Translations under genes and position numbers: made by a program
Shown: positions 50,274-54,588 of the stretch, in pieces
Layout: each line of letters begins with the position of its first letter
Position numbering within the stretch: the first letter of the stretch is position 1
Notes under the pieces: generated by a model
Told to the model about the DNA's origin: nothing
Database searches by the model: none
What the model saw: only the letters and a program-made list of their open reading frames with translations
Source of the DNA: Lama guanicoe
Lineage: Eukaryota
Assembly: GCA_013239625.1 (NCBI GenBank)
Contig: MU053691.1
Coordinates: forward strand, 8,588-63,175
Direction of reading: 5' to 3'
DNA length: 54,588 nucleotides

Positions 50274-52516
50274 GGAAATTTTACAATGGAGAACCAAAGA
50301 AAAAAAAAAAAAAAAGAAATGGGTGCTTCTTCATGCACAGGTAAAATGGGGTTCTTCCTAGAAGGGGAGATTTAAGGAACCTGATCCCTAAATCTCTCTC
50401 CCACTGGCTTTTCAATATATGAAAGTGTACAATTAGAAATAATTCTTCTTAGATTCTAAAAGCTAGCTCTTAATGACTTTTTTCTAAAAGACAAATAGTC
50501 CTATACAGGGGTAATACGTTAGCTCTTTACAGCTAATTAATTGGTTGACTACTAGTTAGGAAGAAAATGGAGAGTGGGGACAGGGGATACTTTAGGAGGG
50601 TGTGCACAGCCAGAGGAAGGAGGGGCGGCAGAGCTAGATTTTGCTTATTTCACAGTCTAGCCTGGCTTAGTCCAACAGCCCACTTGAGATAAGCAGTGGG
50701 TAAGCTTATAGATGCATCATCACTGGATCTAAGAATGAGGCAAGCTGTAATTGTCTAACTAGGAGATGAAAGAAATATACAGGCAACCATTAATTATGCA
50801 AATTACAACTTATATACAGATGGAGAATTCTTACATTTTTTAGTAAATAATTTGTTACTCAAGTTCTCTCAAATCCAACAGACATGTTCCTAGGGGGAGC
50901 TGTTTTTTTTATTCTTTATTTATTCAATTAGCATAATAGGAGAAATGTGCACTGCTGTTAATTTATACATTCATTCTTTCTGTGGATAAACTGACCAATA
51001 TTCCTTCTGTGCTTACAGGAGTCCGGTACAGGGCAATGCTATTCAGGATAAAAATGTAATGGAAGACACAGTTCCTGCCTTGAAGAGGTTACATCTGGGT
51101 TGGGAGATGAATGATACGTACACGAAACAACTGGGGAAAACACCAGGCTGGATAAAATCAAGTGTTCGGGTGCTTGGTTCAGGTTGCAAGCACTGTAGAG
51201 TCTCAGAAGCAAGAAAGATCACACAAGAAGAGAAATCAAAGAGCAGTTACTTTGAAAGGTATTTCATGAAGCTGCTCTTCCTGTCTCAGATGTCAGCAGT
51301 AAACTCTATGCCTCTTATCACCCTGGGAAAAGTTGAGATCAAGACCGTGTGATATTCCACACCTGCCCTGGACAGATCCAGCACTGCCCACTCTGAGAAC
51401 AGCCTGCCAACCACCCAGAGAAGGAACTCAACCATGGACTCTTGAAAGTTCTAAAATAATTTTTAAAAATGAAAAAGAAACAATTTCTATTCTTGATGTG
51501 TAAGTTCTTTGTGATGAATTATTAACTTCACTATACTGGTCTGTGGATTGTGGTTTGGACCTGCTACATCCATAGAGAAATTCAGATTCATTTTTGTTCA
51601 AATTTAGGAAACTGTTGTCACAATTCCATAATCTAATGTGCAGTACACATTTGAATGTACAAGCCAGCTGTTTGGTAGAATGTCCCTCAGTTTGAGTTTT
51701 ATCAACTGTTTCTTCATAATTAGTCATTTCATGCCTCAGAACCCAACTTAATTTCTGTTTTATGCCTCCACCACGCCAGTCCCTTGGGTCAGGCAACTGC
51801 GGCGGTCATTTCAGGCCCAAGCTTGAGGGCTTGTCACAGGCGCTGCCCCTTACCCATGTTGATGAAGCATCATTGAAATTAAATTTCAAATTTTCTGTCT
51901 TTAACAGTCTCTCAAAGAGCCTATGAAAGACACTAACAGCATGGACCCTTTCAAATGCCATGTCTTTGTTGTAGCCCCCTGGATCCCTCACCCTTTCAGG
52001 GATGGCCCTGGTCCTCTTCCTACATGGTGGTGAGAACAATCTAAGTCCATTTGGACATGTCAGCACTTTCCCTCAGTTCTGGTTCAGTTCTGGAGGCTTC
52101 TGAGGTGCTAACTTGTCAGGGTCTGAGGAGGGGAATCTGCCTGATGAACTCATCTCTCCCCGCAGGCGTCTACTGACATGTGACCGCCATGGTTGGTGCC
52201 TGGGCCTTGGTTCATGCAGGCTCCTTGGAGGAATGTCTCCCTGGTGCTTTCTGGACTGCTGGCTCTTTCTACTACTTTCCTGCCACTCTCAAGCATGGGC
52301 AGCAAGAAACTTGATGAGCGAAATACAATCCCTGACTCACTAGGCTTTGCTGCCTCCCCGGAGCACAAAGCAGACAGAGCCATTCTCGGTGTAAATCATT
52401 GACATGTGAATGTAGTTGTACCTCTTCTCCCATTCCCAACCCACCCTCAAATCTTCACTCCAGAAAATCCTTTTCTAACCTGAAGTCTTGCCTTTACTCA
52501 AATCTTTTATGTAGAC

Positions 52517-52711
52517 CAGTGGTTGTCAAAGTGTGGTTCCTGAATCACCAGCATCAGCATCACCTAGGAACATGTTAGCAGGCAAAGTATCTTCCACCCC
52601 AACTAGCCCTACTGAATCAGGAACTCTAGTTAGAGTAGGGCCTGGTAATCTTTGTTTTAATAAGCTCTCCAGATGATTTGGATGCTAGATAAAGAAGTTT
52701 GAAAACTACAT
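52517..52711 (+). mobile_element. MER5A (hAT-Charlie MITE)
   Basis: CAGTGGTTGTCAAAGTGTGGTTCC...CAGCATCAGCATCACCTAGGAAC...CTACTGAATCAGGAACTCT...AAGTTTGAAAACTA. Confidence 0.85.
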
Positions 52712-52745
52712 ATCTACACCTTGAGTTCGTTTTCTTCCCCTACTG

Positions 52746-52940
52746 CATTGGTTCTCAAATTTACAAAATACAGATACAACAGAATCACCTGGATAGCTTG
52801 TTAAAACAGATTCTTGGGTCCAACCTGCAAAACTTCTGATTCACCAGGTCTGATGTGAGGACTGACAATTGGCATTTCTAACAAGTTTCCAGGTGATGCT
52901 GATGATGCTGACCAGGGGACCACATTTCAGAGAACCATTA
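52746..52940 (-). mobile_element. MER5A (hAT-Charlie MITE), inverted relative to the adjacent copy
   Basis: CATTGGTTCTCAAA...AGAATCACCTGGATAGCTTGTTAAAACAGATTC...GGTGATGCTGATGATGCTGACCAGGGGACCACATTTCAGAGAACCA. Confidence 0.85.
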
Positions 52941-54242
52941 TCCCTAGAAGAGGCTTTAGCTCCGTAATTCTCTTCCTTCCATCTCTCCCCGTAAGATCCA
53001 TCTAACTATTATTGCTAATGTAATCAAATATAGTCTCTAGAAATCTGCTTACATGTAGCTTTTTCCAGTACAGAACAATCTTACACAACTTTGCCAAGTT
53101 CACTTATATTTTTGAAAGCCAATATCTGATGTTAGACCAGCAGTGCTTAAGGCTTTTCATCCCAGGTTCCTCTCCAATTCAAGGGCTCCCATAGCTAATC
53201 CATCTGTAGGACATCCCACAAGATTCAGAAAGAGGAAAAATGCCTACTGTTCACCTTGTAAGATCTGTCTTACAAATAGGTCAGCATTTCATTGGCTTCT
53301 CACCAGAGACTGATGTACTTCCTGGGGAATTACAGTGGAGTCAAAGAAAAGGGGATGGACAGGCAGTTGGAGGGGGCAATGAATGAGCAAATGCTTTGAG
53401 AGTCATTTACTTACTCTTTGAGGTGAAGGGGTTTTATCATGGTTTGGGTAAGAAGAGAGAAACAATTTAACCTCATGACATCTTGCAGTTTAATTTTTGG
53501 TTTCAATATCCCCAGATTTAAGGAGAAAAAAAGTGGCCACCTCCCCCCTTTCCTGCTTAGTTGTATTGAAATCCACTTCTCCCCTGCAGCATCATGAGGG
53601 CCCACAAAGCCCCTGATCCCACTTATTTTTCACCTGGTATCCTGAAGAGACACCAAGTCTTTTTTGGCTTAATTACCACAGAACGATTACTTTAAGTCTG
53701 CAGGGCACAGTCACATTATTAGCTAGGCAAGGAGCCACTTCAGAGAACTGTTTCTTCTAATTTGATCTTTTTTTTTTGTCATAAAATTCTATTTTGTTAA
53801 GTGACCCACATGGTTCTGAATGAAAGCACTGACCAAAGAACAGATTGAATATTAGTTACTACAATCATTTGGATGGGTCAGCATCATTTATTAATAATCC
53901 CAAGCATTGCAATATTAGGACAGTCTTGAGGGTGCCCTGCACATGAATAGGACTATGGCACGTAGAGCAAAGTTGCAGAGACTTTTCTGCTGAAACAACG
54001 CTCCTATTCCCACTACAGGGACAGATGCGGATTTGTTTCCTTATGCTTGTGTCCAAAAGAATGGGAGTGCTTGTGTTTTTCAGACATTTGCTATGGTTAT
54101 CTACCTCCATCTTCTTACCCTGCCTGGCATTAAACACAGCACCTTATTCCTTGTGGTGTTAAGTAAATATTTATTGAGTGGAAATCTGGAGACCACCAAT
54201 TAAAGACTGGGATCAAGGTTTTCTGTTTTACTCTTCTCTTCA

Positions 54243-54588
54243 CAGTGATGCAGCCACTGTGGAAAACAGTATGGAGGTTCCTCAGAAGACTAGGAATAGA
54301 CTTAACATATGACCCAGTCATCCAGCTCGTGGGCATATATCCAGAAGGAACCCTACTTCAAAAAGACACCTACACCCGTATGTTCATAGCAGCACTATTT
54401 ACAATAGCCAAGACATGAAAACAGCCTAAATGTCCATTGACAGATGACTGGATAAAGATGTGGTATATTTGTACAATGGAATACTATTCAGCCATAAAAA
54501 TGACAACATAATGCCATTTGCAGCAACATGGATGTCCCTGGAGAATGTCATTCTAAGTGAAGTAAGCCAGAAAGAGAAAGAAAAATAC
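54243..54588 (+). mobile_element. Young L1 ORF2 3' end, runs off the window
   Basis: GCAGCCACTGTGGAAAACAGTATGGAGG...GCAGCACTATTTACAATAGCCAAGACATG...GCCATTTGCAGCAACATGGATG. Confidence 0.92.

Overview
Mammalian genomic DNA, very probably a camelid (inferred from a tRNA-Ala-derived Vic-1-type SINE at 49730 and camelid-type L1 3' ends). There are two N gaps (15599-15702, 37231-37819). I find no intact protein-coding gene. The window is a repeat-rich pseudogene mosaic containing: (1) two spliced but frameshifted FMN2 FH2-domain exons (minus, 3429-3747); (2) a 5'-truncated ATF5 retrocopy (9861-10831); (3) a near full-length CDK16/PCTAIRE1 retrocopy with TSDs inside an old L1 (16523-18563), whose 5' third shows a strong AT->GC substitution bias; (4) the 5' half of an intron-containing PRSS47-like serine protease pseudogene (minus, 36312-39085), cut off by an L1; (5) an orphan CpG island (~45430-46380); (6) many L1, MaLR/ERVL LTR, MER and Tigger relics; (7) an exact 547-bp tandem duplication. 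The most interesting signal is a composite L1-derived element present twice as separate insertions (23659-24915 with TSDs; 39548-40350). It consists of the L1 ORF1 3' end and stop, two ANTISENSE L1 ORF2 fragments and a private tail, with the same junctions in both copies. This looks like an ORF1-only 'half-L1' (HAL1-like) non-autonomous retrotransposon family whose RNA is antisense to its helper L1. Gene and repeat names come from recalled reference sequences, not from database searches.
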